Positions 50,530 through 62,977 of a DNA stretch of 64,000 nt are shown piece by piece. The notes beneath the pieces were generated by a model. That model ran no database searches. It was given only the letters and a program-made list of their open reading frames with translations, and had not been told where the DNA came from. This DNA comes from Somniosus microcephalus (taxonomy: Eukaryota), in assembly GCA_052327205.1 (NCBI GenBank), contig CM126225.1:23994001-24058000 (forward strand), read 5' to 3'. Position numbers and translations under genes: made by a program. The number at the start of each line of letters is the position of its first letter. The stretch's first letter is position 1.

Positions 50530-51675
50530 CCTCCCGGGATGAGAGGGCTGCCCTATGAGGAGATTGAGTAGAATGGCCTACATTCTCCAGGGATTAGAAG
50601 AATGAGAGGCGAGACCTGGACGTATAAAATTCTTACAGGGCTTGACAGGGTAGATGCCGAGAGGCTATTTCCCCAGGCTGGGGAGTCTAGAAACAGGGGA
50701 CATTGGGGGAAAAATTCAGTATCGCCCCGTTTGGGGCGCCATTATCGGCCGTGCGCAAAGTTTAGCGCCTGGCGCTAATTATCGCCTCCGACAGCAAACT
50801 TGGCTTTTATCGCCCCTGGAGGTGATTGGAGCGCTAAATCAGGCGCTTCACACCTGTCTTAAGGCGCAAAGGCCGAGAAGCGAGGCGCTACCTCAGAGCG
50901 CTGGCGAAGCAAGGAAGGGCAAATCAAAATGAACCTGCAAAGTGCTGCTCAGTACCCAAAACTCCTTCACACAGCGTTGAATCTCTCCAGAAGTCTCTCT
51001 CTCTCTCTCTCTCAGAATGCGTGGTGCAAAAATGTCACCGACAAAAAAAGGCAGGAAGCGGTCGCCTTTAACTAGCGCTCCCCCAGTCCCTTTCTGACTG
51101 CAAAACGCTCCCCTCAACCTGTCGTTGCTAGCGGCAGGTGGCAAGGCAGGGGGCGCCACTCAATATCCGGTCCGGGGCGCTACCGGGGCGTTGCGCACTC
51201 GACTGACATCATAATCTGCCGGCGCAGGAGATCGTGGCGGTAGTGTTTAGCGCCGCCACAAAATGTCTAGTTAATTTTGCGAGCGGCGCAAACATCGCCG
51301 CGCACGGGCACTAGTTGCTTTGCGCCCCATTAGCGCCCTCTTAAGGCGCTAACGGGAGGCGCAAACAACTGAATTTTTCCCCCATAGTCTCAGGATAAGG
51401 GCTCGGCCATTTAGGACTGAGATGAGGAGAAATTTCTTTACTCAGAGGGTTGTGAATCTTTGGAATTCTCTACCCCAGAGGGCTGTGGATTCTCAGTCGA
51501 TGGGTAATTCAAGACAGAGAGCGATAAATTTTTGGGCACTAGGGGAATTAAGGGATATGGAGATCGGGCGGGAAAGTGGGGCTGATGTAGAAGATCAGCC
51601 ATGATCTTATTGAATGGCGGAGCAGGCTCGAGGGGCCGTATGGCCTACTCCTGCTCCTATTTCTTATGTTCTTGA
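50530..51675 (+). mobile_element. CR1 3' fragment interrupted by a MITE
   Basis: CR1 sequence is continuous across 50704/51384. Confidence 0.85.
50705..51383. mobile_element. PIF/Harbinger-type MITE, copy 2
   Basis: Perfect TIR GGGGGAAAAATTCAG / CTGAATTTTTCCCCC; flanks ATT/ATA; near-identical to 20373-21052. Confidence 0.85.
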
Positions 51676-51844
51676 AGTACTTTAAACTTAATTAGAACTT
51701 TATAAAAGGGATATGTGAGGTATACAATATTGAGTTATATCACTAAGGTATAAAAATGATGTATTCACATTGAGATTTTGATCTGATTAGATATGTTACA
51801 AATGTCACTAGTAATATTCTACTTTCGGCAGTCTTTAGCCATAC

Positions 51845-51941
51845 CTTGCTCTGAAGTTTCTCAATCTCTTCTTTATGTGAATTTTCAGTTTCTTCTAATG
51901 TTCTCCTTTGAGCGGTTTCTTTTTTCAGAAATTCTATTTCC
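51845..51941 (-). CDS. PPP1R9B: Spinophilin/neurabin-2 penultimate exon (EIEFLKKETAQRRTLEETENSHKEEIEKLQSK)
   Basis: ttcttttAG acceptor, AAG|GTATGG donor, 97 bp; matches mammalian EIEFLKKETAQRRVLEESE. Confidence 0.95.
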
Positions 51942-52437
51942 CTAAAAGAAAGTTTAAAAAGCCATAAAACAGAAATTAAAACATCCCAACTTGAGATTCC
52001 CAGACAAAGTATGAGTTTCTTTTATCCACATAATAATGGGGTTAAAAACTCCAATTGGCAAAGTTGGCATACAAACCTTTAATGTGCTCATATTACATTC
52101 CTGTGTGTGCTATTGTTTTGTAGGTGTTATTTTAGAATAAATTGATTAATGCTTGCCTAAAAATAGTGCACGCAGGATCGTAGTTTGAGTGCATTAAATG
52201 ATCGGAAGCAAACTTCGCAGATTGAAAGTCTTTTCCTAGCGTCTGTTCATACTATATTCCTTTAAATATTTTTCAACAGGAATGACTTATAATAAACACC
52301 CATTATTGCACAAGCTCAAATAATTGCCTGAGTTGGACTATTAAATTATATGCAATTATTATCTATTCAGTAAAAGGTCCTACAGCAAATGCCATCCCTA
52401 TATACAGAGATCAGATATTGGCAGGTTTTTAGTAATA

Positions 52438-52772
52438 CAGGAAACTTTGTGCTATCCGGAGGTGAGCTATCCGGCAATCTGGAGCCACCGGCAAAAATCA
52501 GCAGCCGTTTTTTTATTCTTTTTGTTTGTTTTTTTTTGCTTTGTTTGAACAGTCAAGCTGTGCAAGGTCTGTAGCTATAGCAACAGCTTCAGCTACAGAG
52601 CTTTAGGGCCACACCCGAGTGTTTAGAAGCTGTTGCTAAGCAACAGTGTTTGTTGTCAAATACGGAGATAAGAATCTCTGTATCTCTCAACATTAACTCT
52701 GGAGAGTACGGCACTTTTTAGGCAACGGCAGCAGCTCAGTCCCGTGGGTGCCGGATAGCACAAAGTTTCCTG
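52438..52772. mobile_element. Tc1/mariner-type MITE (family B)
   Basis: Perfect 22-bp TIR CAGGAAACTTTGTGCTATCCGG, TA TSD. Confidence 0.8.
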
Positions 52773-52984
52773 TACTAAAGTCTGAAACTAGCCTAAAATC
52801 GACCAACAGATTGACCCCAACAAAGGATGTTGCAGATTTAATTTTGGTGTTCATCTGTACCTTTTCCAAGCATTTTCAGAGATTTTGCTGACAGTTAATG
52901 CATTATAGCTAAAAAAGAAAGACTTGCATTTATATAGTGCCTTTCACAACCTTAGGACGTCCCAAAGCGCTTTACGTTTGAAGT

Positions 52985-53880
52985 GTTTTTTTTTTAATTC
53001 GTTCATGGGATGTGGGCGTCGCTGGCAAGGCCAGCATTTATTGCCCATCCCTAATTGCCCTCGAGAAGGTGGTAGTGAGCCGGCTTCTTGAACCGCTGCA
53101 GTCCGTGAGGTGAAGGTACTCCTACAGTGCTGTTAGGGAGGGAGTTCCATTTGACCCAGCGATGATGAAGGAACGGCGATATACTTCCAAGTCAGGATGG
53201 TGTGTGACTTGGAGGGGAACTTGGAGGTGGTGGTGTTCCCATGCACCTGCTGCCCTTGTCTTTCTAGGTGGTAGAGGTCGTGGGTTTGGGAAGTGCTGCC
53301 GAAGAAGCCTTGGCGAGTTGCTGCAGCGCATCTTGTAGATGGTACACACTGCAGCCACGGTACTCCAGTGGCGGAGGGAGTGAATGTTTAAGGTGGTGGA
53401 TGGGGTGTCAATCAAGCGGGATGCTTTGTCCTGGATGGTGTTGAGCTTCTTGAGTGCTGTTGGAGCTGCACTCATCCAGGCAAGTGGAGAGTATTCCATC
53501 ACACTCCTTACTTGTGCCTTGTAGATAGTGGAAAGGCTTTGGGGAGTCAGGAGGTGAGACACTCGCCGCAGAATACCCAGCCTCTGACCTGCTCTTGGTG
53601 CCACAGTATTTATGCGGCTGGTCCAGTTAAGTTTCTGGTCAATGGTGACCCCCCAGGATGTTGATGGTGGGGGATTTGGCGATGGTAATGCCGGTGAATG
53701 TCAAGGGGCGGTGGTTAGACGCTCGCTTGTTGGAGATAGTCATTGCCTGGCACTTCTGTGGCGCGAATGTTACCTGCCACTTATCAGCCCAAGCCTGAAT
53801 GTCGTCCAAGTCTTGTTGCATGCTGGCATGGACTGCTTCATTATCTGTGGAGCTGCGAATGGCACTGAACACTGTGCAGT
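52985..53880 (-). mobile_element. CR1-group LINE 3' fragment (family of 21985-24928)
   Basis: QQDLDDIQAWADKWQVTF, IYKAQVRSVMEYSPLAW; A-tail at ~52985-52995. Confidence 0.9.
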
Positions 53881-54825
53881 CACTGTTGTAATGCAGGGAT
53901 TACACTGTTTTAATGTAGCTAAATCCTGTCAATGCACAAAATATTAGACAGGGTCACATTTGAACTGGACCTCCTGGAAATCTGTGCCTGGATTAGTTAT
54001 GTGTTTACCTAGAATGGTGGTGGGGGGCAGGGGGGAAGGGAATGGGATTGGTTTTGAGCAAATTACCAGTTGGAAGTTGTTTGAAAGATGACAGTGAAGC
54101 AGGATTGATCAGGTGGAAGGACGCTTACCCTAGCTGGGTTCCTTCACTGCAGGACCGTGAGATACACTCAACCATTCACTTGGTTGTCCACTGCTTAGCC
54201 ACTGGCTTGCCTTGGATACTTGCACCATAGAAAATGACTAACTGATAGGATTGTCTAAATTGCTCTTTGTGGGGGGCATTATAGCTTAAGACTCTGCAAG
54301 CATCTACATAGTGAAATCATGATTCCACTATTGACTTGTGTGGTGACAGAATTGCCTGATCCAAATAAAAGTGGGAAATGACATTATGCAACACCTAAAG
54401 GTGATTCCTTGGACCACCCTACCAGAACCTGGAATCAATTATGGCTGATCTACAATAAGAACTTGCAGTTCACTGGAACTAATGCAAACAACAGCACAGG
54501 TTTCCATGTAAGAGACTTAAACTCACATTTTCAGAGGATCAAACGATGGTACTTTAGCTTGAGAACAATTAAGTGAAGATCCCAAATGGGAACCAGCGAG
54601 AATTTGTGTCCAATTGCCAAATAGTTTGCACTAAACAGGTGATCTCTAATGATCTAAAAAGCAAACAGGTCACTTGTCACGTTTCAGAATTTTTGACTAT
54701 TTGGCACAGGAGGAATTTCGGATTAATTTATATGCTACTAAATTAAATTCAGCTCACAAAGGATTAAATCCACACAACATAGCCTGCTTCTGGGAATGCA
54801 AATTAAATTCAAATGAAATACCTGT

Positions 54826-54882
54826 CCAGGATGGTCATTCTTCAGTACCATATCAGGATGGTCGTTCTTCAGTACCATATCA
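54826..54882. repeat. 27-bp tandem duplication
   Basis: caggatggtc(a/g)ttcttcagtaccatat x2. Confidence 0.85.
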
Positions 54883-55311
54883 GTTTGAAACAATTTAGGT
54901 TTGTTAAGACATTCCAGTGACATTAACACCTAATATGTTGGAATGTCTTTATTCATTTGAGCCTAGCAGAGAGTAGCTGCCTTGATTGGCAGCTTAGCTG
55001 ATCAATCCCTAGGCATGGAGCGCTGAGGGAGTGTCCAAACTCAATTGTTTGGCTTGCTGTCTAGCTGGGACACAACTCAATCTGTAGAAATTTGGATGAA
55101 GACAGTAAGAGATGCAGAGGACTCTCTTCTTTTTAAGCGTACAGCCAGTCAATTCAGTGACTTGTAAAAGTGAAGCTAAGCCTGTATCAGGAGCTAACTG
55201 TGCATAATTTGTTATTTTCCATGTTATAAGGAGTGATAGTGATTACAACAACACAAACTCGCATTTATATAGTGGTTTAACGTAGAAAAACGTCTCAGAC
55301 CGCTTCAAAGA

Positions 55312-55720
55312 AGAGTTTAGAAGAATGAGAGGGGATCTCATTGAAAGGTATAAAATTCTGACAGGGCTAGACAGACTGGACGCAGGGAGGATGTTTCCCC
55401 TGGCTAGGGGGTCTAGAACGAAGGGTCACAGTCTCAGCATACGGGGAAGGACATTTAGGACTGAGATGAGGAGACATTTCTTCACTCAGAGGGTGGTGAC
55501 CTCTGTGGAATTCTCTACCACAGAAAGCTGAGGAGTCCAAGTCACTGAATATATTTAAGAACGAGATAGATAGATTTCTAGACACAAAAGGCATCAAGGG
55601 GTATGGGGAGAGAGCAGGAATATGGTATTGAGATAGAGGATCAGCCATGATCATATTGAATGGCGGAGCAGGCTCGAATGGCCTACTCCTGCTCCTATTT
55701 TTCTGTTTCTATGTTTCTAA
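55312..55720 (+). mobile_element. CR1 3' fragment inserted in an L2 tail
   Basis: MRGDLIE.YKILTGLDRLDAGRMFPL; tail tttctatgtttct. Confidence 0.85.
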
Positions 55721-56470
55721 GAATGCTAAACAAAAATAAAGGACACTGATATTAGCAGTGTTGGTGAAAAGCTTGGTCAAATAGGTGGATTTTAAGCAGG
55801 ACCTTAAAGGAAAGGAGGGAGGTGGAGAGGCTGAGGGGTTTAGTGAAGGAATTCCTGAGCTCGGGGCTTAGGAGGTGGAAGGTACAGCCCCCAATGTTGG
55901 AGTGAAAGGTGGAGGTGGTGGTGGGGGGGGACGTGGGAGAGGATGCACAAGAGACCAGAGTCAGAGGAACGGAAAGTTCGTGGGGGTGGGGAGGTTGTAT
56001 GGCTGGAGAAGGTTACAGAGATGGCAAAGTGGGAAGCCATGAAGGGATGATAATATTAAAATTTGAGGCGTATGGGATCTAATGTATGTCACCAAGGACA
56101 CGGTTAATGGGTGAGTGGAACTTATTGCGGGATAGGATACGGGCAGCAGAGACTTAGATGAACTTATATCTATGGAGGGTGGAGGATGGAGGATGGGAGA
56201 GAGGCCAGAAAAGCGTTGGAATAGTCGAGTCTGGAATTGGCAAAATCATAGATGAAAGTTTCAGAAGCATATGTTCTGAGGTAAGGGCAGCGGTGGGCAA
56301 AGTTCTAAAGGTGGAATCTTTGTGAAAGAGAGGCTATTGGGTTGTAAATTCAGCCCGGGGTCGAATAGGATGCTGAGGTTGTGAACAGCCTGGTTCTGCC
56401 TGAGACAGTGGCTGGGGAGGGGGAGAGAATCGATGGCAAGGATAGAACGTTTGTGGCAGTGACCGAAGAT
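55720..56470 (-). mobile_element. Degraded L2 fragment
   Basis: Reverse similarity to the L2 at 19325-20140; L2 tail remnant at ~55245-55310. Confidence 0.6.
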
Positions 56471-57152
56471 GATTTAGTTTCACTGAAAGCTATATTCTTT
56501 TCATTCATATTTCCAGTTTATTGGTTTATAATTGGCCTCATCACTAGAGTGTTCATCAGTCCACCTTCAGTAAGATAAGAGAAGTGCACACAAGGGCATG
56601 TGTGAGATTAATGATCTAGTTTGCAACAATAAGGGTATTAATTGTTATGATTGGTCATGCTATCTTTATGACTAGATATTGGGCAGTAAAGGTAAACTCC
56701 TGATCGTAGGGGATACGGGGTCTACTTAACTTGGCAGAATATCTAGCGTACTCGAAACTTATTAAAAGTCATGAAAATAGAGCTCGGTTTTAAACTAATG
56801 TTGAAGAGATTCTGGAGTGTCTTTGGAATATGTGGGCCATCACATGAGATAGAACTAAACGACTTGGTAGTACACAACTAAAAAACACTATTTGGTATAT
56901 AAGTTCTATTAGTGAACGCTGTGTGAACCACATAAGGGCCTAACATTGGGGACGGGAGATACTCAGATAGCAATCGTACAACAATATATCGGTTCCAATA
57001 TTCCCCCTCCCCCTCCAAACTGTGGAAGGGCTTCCCTCCCACAAGGCAATGGGATCATGTCCTCTACCCATTGCCATTGTTCCAGCTGAATATATCTTCT
57101 GACCTTCTCATGTGATCAGAGGAAACAGATACAGAAACCTTCTTGTTCCACA

Positions 57153-57411
57153 TTAACATAGCCTTTCCCTCGAGGAGAAACACAGGAATGGATGGCTGTC
57201 TGGAGAGGTGAGCAAGTCCACCTCTGGAACTGGCCACTCCCAAAAATCCAGGTGCACTAATGCGAACAAACTGTAAGATGACTCAGAGTGTCTGCCATTG
57301 AATGTTGCTGGTGTGTATTCAGGGTCACCCAACAGGGAACTAATGGATTGTTTAGACTTAATGTGATCTATCTTGTTCTGAGTAATGTCAAAAACATGGC
57401 TCATCTGTTCC
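57153..57411 (-). CDS. Candidate intronic alternative terminal exon (EQMSHVFDITQNK...)
   Basis: cacAG|G GAA acceptor context like the true next exon; about 85 open codons in phase with the 59935 donor; weak pyrimidine tract. Confidence 0.25.
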
Positions 57412-57939
57412 CTGTGGGTATGTTTTGCAAACCTAAAGCAAATTTGGCAAGCTAAGGCATCTTAATTAGGTGGCATTTTATTCAATGATCAAATGAGTCA
57501 GCAATTGCGAATGGACAGTTACATTTTGCACAGCACAAACCCTTTGGTAGATGTTGGTGCAGATATGTCACCCGAACTATGAAGGCACTTCACTTGTTTC
57601 GATGCAGGTGAAGTTAATACATGGGTCAGCGCTGAAGGAGGTACCATATGAGCATAGCCTGTGGGTCACGCTCTCTGTGCTCCATGTAAAATTCCAATTT
57701 GTGCCTCAGCCACTTGGATGCTAATTCTCCATTTGTTTTTTGCTTACTTAATTTGGTCCATGTCGGGGAAGATTTCTCCTGTGTACTATACGCAGCCAAA
57801 TCAGAAATGAGTTTGATATACACAGGGCAAAAAGAAAATCCTTCCCCTATATTGCTGTCTTGGAACAAAAGACTGATTGTTTGCGTTACTACAATACCTA
57901 AAGAGTGCAAAAGCCAGGTGCAGCCACTCATCACGACGA

Positions 57940-58135
57940 TAGCAGAATACTGCGGATGCTGGAGATCCGAAATAACAACAGAAAAATGCTGGAAAAACTC
58001 AGCAGGCCAAGGTAGCATCCGTGGAGAGAGAAACAGAGTTAATGTTTCAGGACCTGAAACGTTAACTCCGTTTCTCTCTCTACGGATGCTGCCCTGGCTT
58101 GCTGAGTTTTTCCCGCGTTTTCCGTTGTTATTTGC
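57940..58135. mobile_element. Inverted Penelope pLTR pair forming a ~164-bp palindrome
   Basis: Arms 57970-58051 and 58053-58133 are reverse complements; homologous to 16515-16600. Confidence 0.8.
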
Positions 58136-58973
58136 AGCCACTCACCAGTTGGTCCACCAACATGAAGCACCACGTAAGGAGCAAAGAACTTTAGCTGGGC
58201 GAAAACTAAAGCAATGGTGCCGGTCCTGGGGCTTTATTTGTCACAGGTGTAGAAGATCATAACCTAGAAATTACTCTTGGCAATATTAGATGAACACATT
58301 GCATTTGTATGCAATTTATGTGTCCGCTTATTTAACAGGTTAGCACCTCTGCTAAATTAGCAGACAGAGGAATGTGATATGAATGGTCTGCTTATAACCC
58401 TAATAGTGTCTATGCTCCTGTGCGGCACAGCTTATCTGCTATGTTCTCACAATATTTTCACGATTTTGCTCAGCATGTGATTTCCCAAGGACCCATCACG
58501 CTAAGCTCTATTTCTATTGTGTAGAATCAATACATTTTGTATGTGTTCATAAAATGGGATTAATGCCAAACAGAACATTTTTCGCAACTTAATAGGTGTC
58601 AACGAGCTAGTGATCAAAAATATGGACACTGCACCCTCAGTTGCTCAATCTTCATCAGAATTGATCTTTCCTCTTTAGACAATGCTGTGCAGTTCCATCC
58701 TTTCCTGTCTTTATTTAAAATTTCCAGCATTTGGCAATTTTTTTTAATCATGTAACTGCCATTCTCTGTGTATGACAGAGTAAATTTCACGTCCCTACTC
58801 ATGACTCTGATTGAGGTCTGTTGAATAATTTAATCCACTTGGTTTTGAAAATTACTGACTTGTGCCATGGTTTGTGTTTTTTGTAGCTGTTGATAAAACC
58901 ATATGAGCAGGACAGCATGAAATGCTCCTGTAAATAGTTGTTTCACCATAGGCTACAATTGGTGTATGTAATA

Positions 58974-59308
58974 CAGGAAACTTTGGTTTATTCAGAGGTT
59001 GTATGTCCGGAAACCTCGATCTACTGGCAGAAATCAGGAGCCGTTCTGTCTGGTTGTTTTTCTTCTCGTGGCTTTTTTTTCCCCAACAGTCAGGCTTTGG
59101 AAAGTCTCTCTGAAGCTGTTGCTAAGCTACAGAGACGCTTCCAAGGTACGGGCCGACTGTTTGAAGCTGTTGCTAAGCAACAGTGTTTGTTGTCAGATAC
59201 GGAGATGAAAACCTCCGTATGCTTCAACATTAACTTTGTATGTCCGGCAGTTTTGATAGATCGGCAACAGCTCGGTCCCGTCGGTGCCGGATATAACAAA
59301 GTTTCCTG
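58974..59308. mobile_element. Tc1/mariner-type MITE (family B)
   Basis: CAGGAAACTTTG / CAAAGTTTCCTG termini, TA TSD; homologous to 52438-52772. Confidence 0.75.
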
Positions 59309-59934
59309 TAAGCAGAATACTCGGCATTATGGGCACCAGCTAACGCAGGGTACACTGCGTTCCCTACACATCATTTTTATTTGAGTCAATCAGAACAAAG
59401 AGCGCTACAGGGATGCCCAATACACAGCAGCAATAGCCGACCTTTGCGGGTTCGAGCTCATTCGTTGCATGGTTAGCAGCTTAAAAAGCAGCTCCGGAGC
59501 ACTGTTGCAGGTTTGTTCAGATCGGCTCTCCATTGCAGTAATTGTTATAAAGCATGCGAGCTCATGGAAAGCGCACAGAGTAACATAGCATTTTCCTGCA
59601 AGTGTGCTTAAAAAGGAGGAACATTTTAACCTCCATTTAAAGCATTCTTCAGGCATTAAGAACAATTTTCACCCCTTTGATAACTATAGTACTCTCTATG
59701 CTTGATTCATACTATAAAGAGCTAATGGGATAGATTTTTGTCTTCACTGCCTGGGCAGTAATCTGGTGGAGGGGGTCACTTGCTCGATAAAGAACCCACT
59801 TGACTTTCATTCTATTTATCGAAAACCAAGCATGTTTTGCAATGGGCAGGCGATCCCCTCCAGCAGATCACTGCCCAGGTGGTGAAGACAAAAATCTCCC
59901 CTATTGTGAACATACAGGAAGGGGCATTTCTTAC

Positions 59935-60164
59935 TTCTGCTGGTATTCCTTAATCAAGCGCTTTGCTTTGCTGTACTTTCTCTCCAAGGCCTGGTACTGA
60001 GCCTGCGTCTCTTTCAGATGTTCATCCACCGCCTGACAGAGAGTCTGGGCTTCCATCCAGTAACTCTCCAGCTTCTCCATACGCTCCTTGTTTTCCTCAA
60101 CGCTTTGCTCAAGCTGAGCCTTTTCCATTCGCCAACGCATTTTTTCCTGTTCTGTTGAATGAAG
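59935..60164 (-). CDS. PPP1R9B: Spinophilin/neurabin-2 coiled-coil exon
   Basis: [77 protein letters not shown] is near-identical to mammalian spinophilin; gttcAG acceptor, AA|GTAAG donor, 230 bp. Confidence 0.96.
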
Positions 60165-60454
60165 CTGAACAGAGACAAAAAAACAGGGGGGGGGGGGGGA
60201 AATAAACATGCGGTTTAGTCAGAAGCACCATGAAGTACGGTAACTACTGAACAAAGCTGCTCTCACAGTCACATAAAATTTAAAGGGTAGAGTCAATCTA
60301 CATTAAAGGTGCCCAGTATTCAATCACTTACATAAGGTTAGCATATGGAGAAATCAATGTGGAATTTAAGTTCCTCTGTGCACTAATTTTAGAATATTGG
60401 TTAATTTGTGTGCAAATTCTCAACTGAACTATTTTGATAAATCCATTCAATTTT

Positions 60455-60790
60455 TTTAAAATTCCTTCATGGGATGTGGGCATCGCTAGCAAGGTCAGCA
60501 TTTATTGCCCATCCCTAACTGCCCTTGAGAAGCCGCCTTCTAGAATACAACTGAGTAGCTTGCTAGGCCCTTTCAGAGGGGCAGTTAAGAGGCAACCACA
60601 TTGCTGTGGGTCTAGAGTCACAGACCAGGTGAGGACGGCAGATTTCCTTCCCCAAAGGACATTAGTGAACCAGATGGGTTTTTACGACAATCCAGTAGTT
60701 TCATGGTCACCATTACTGATGCTGGTTTTTTATTCCAGATTTATTTAATTAACTGAATTTAAATTCTGCAGCTGCCGTGGTGGAATCGCT
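60455..60790 (-). mobile_element. Short non-autonomous retroposon (LINE 5' block joined to LINE 3' tail)
   Basis: 60546-60612 matches LINE 21985-22050; 60465-60540 matches the LINE tail 24830-24915. Confidence 0.75.
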
Positions 60791-60884
60791 TAAAATAAGC
60801 AGATTAAAGATTTTGACCCATTTGACACAAATGTATTAAATCAGTAAGGTAAAAACAGCACACGGAGGAAATTCAACACCTTTT

Positions 60885-61123
60885 TTCTTTTTGTTGCTTC
60901 TTTTCTCCAGTCCTGGCTCTGCAAGCGTCTCTGTAGCTAAGCAACAGCTTCAGCTAGACGCTTGCAAGCTGCGCCGACTGTTTTGAAGCTGTTGCTAAGC
61001 AACAGGGTTTGTTGCTTCACACGGAGCTCTGTATGTTTTAACATTAGCGCTGGTTTCTACGGCAGTTTTGATCTAACGGCACCAGCTCGGTCCCGTCGGT
61101 GCCGGATAGCAGAAAGTTTCCTG
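60885..61123. mobile_element. Truncated MITE family B copy
   Basis: Right TIR ccggatagcagaaagtttcctg+TA; internal gaagctgttgctaagcaacag block. Confidence 0.65.
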
Positions 61124-61283
61124 TACATTAAAATCCTGAATTCTGAGAACACACTCAAAAGACCAAGAGTGTTCTAAAACGAGAACTACTGTCCTATCTA
61201 ACGACTAATAATTATACTGAATATGCTGGTATTTTTAGTCTGGAAGAGGGACAACAAGCTAACTAAAGCATGAGATGCAGCTC

Positions 61284-62039
61284 AGCCCCGAACTTCGGGT
61301 CCCCGCGGGTGAGTACGCACGGGGTACTCACGCGTAGGCCCAACGAAAGTGCCGGTTTCGTGCATGCGCGGGAAACCAGAACTTCCGTTCCCTTAAAGGA
61401 AGGGGTTCGCAGGTCGAACGCGTGCGCCGGAGAGGCAGCGCATATGCCTGGAACTTCCGTTTTTTTTTTTGCAGGTTTCTCCGGGAGGGTAAGTCTCCAG
61501 GAGCTACGCTTGTAAAAAGCAGTCGCAAGGCCTGCTTTTAAAAAGGTAAGTGGTGAATTAAGTTAAATTAAAACATTTTTTCCACAGTTTTATTATTTTT
61601 AAATACTTTAAAGAAAGGTAAGTTTATTTTTAGCCCTGTTAGAAACTGTAATTATTTTTTTCAAAAATTTAAATTATTGTTTAAAATAGTTATTTTATGT
61701 AATTTATAGTTATTTTAAAAATGTGATTAAAAAAAAAAATTTATTTGAAGTTTTAGTTATGTTTTGGGGCTGAATTGTATTCATAGATTTGACAGGTCTT
61801 CCTGTCAAATCTATGAATACAGATTCCCTGCTACCATTGGCTCTCCATGGCCCACGTGATCCCAGGTGACGCTTCAAACTAACTGCGCTCCTGGGATACG
61901 CAAGCACTGCGCGCCGGCAGCTGGAGTAGGCTCAGGATCGGAATCCCACGCGGGCCCACAGCCCAACGGCCGGCGCGCTAGTTAAGTGCAGGTCGGAGGC
62001 TTGCACCCGCGGGAAGCCTCCGACCCGAATTTCTGGGCC
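61284..62039. mobile_element. GC-rich MITE-like element with central AT block and perfect hairpin
   Basis: Imperfect TIRs gccccgaacttcgggtc / gacccgaatttctgggcc; hairpin 61776-61821. Confidence 0.6.
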
Positions 62040-62977
62040 ATTATCCCAGGACAAATGTCCTAACTACTGATACTTCAGCTCCTTCCCAGCCTTTCTCTTA
62101 TCTTTACAGTTATCTTTCTAGCTATCTTCCAACCTGTTCTATCATAACCCAAACGTACCAAGCAGTGGCTGCAAGTGACAAGTCCTGCAGTTTTAGGGAA
62201 GGATGTTACTTATCACTAGATTGTAGCTTTAGTACTCAACGGCATTGAAATGTGAATATTAGCACACGGAAGCTTATTGCATTCATCTTTGCGGCGCTAA
62301 GCCATAATTTACTGCAAATATTTATATTTTGGCAGAAGTGCAGTGGTACCCGACAGAACCCAGTGATGAGGTCGGATTCCTGGTATTGCTATATTATGTT
62401 GCTACGGGTCATTACTACCCCATGAGGTGGAAAATCACACTGCTCGTGGGGCCACTCAGTGTGCGAAAGTTGGTTTACAATGACAGTTTAGTCAAATTAA
62501 TATTTTTTTGACTTTGCACACAGGATGAAATTTTCTGTGGCCCCAGGTCACAGGCGGGGTCGTCCACACAGCAAAGCAAGGGGCCTCTTGGAAAATTGCA
62601 GGTGCCTGTGATTTACTGCCTATTGATTTCATTGGTGGGCCAACTGGCCTGTCATTCTGCCGTAACACTATATGATTCTAACAGAATATATTGCATAGAA
62701 TGTTTAGCACCATCTGAATAGTTTCCGCCACCCCCCCCCCCCCCCGCCCAAGTCTGTCTTTGAAAGAAGGAGCAAATGCACAAATTGTGGAGTCCCACCT
62801 CACTCCTGGCACATAATTATCATGTCAGTGCTTCTTAACTCATTCCAGGGGCACAAACAGGAGCCGATGCTGACATCACTTTTCATTTGTATATAAACAG
62901 ATTTGAAACAAAAGCTTCGTTGTTTCTAATCTTTTCATTTGCACGTAAGTGTGATTTGTTTGCACAGATCTGCATCT

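Noticed and set aside
59931-60209. Assignment to PPP1R9A (neurabin-1)
   Set aside because: Exon sequences and the short NSNAI* terminus match spinophilin (PPP1R9B), which lacks the SAM extension.
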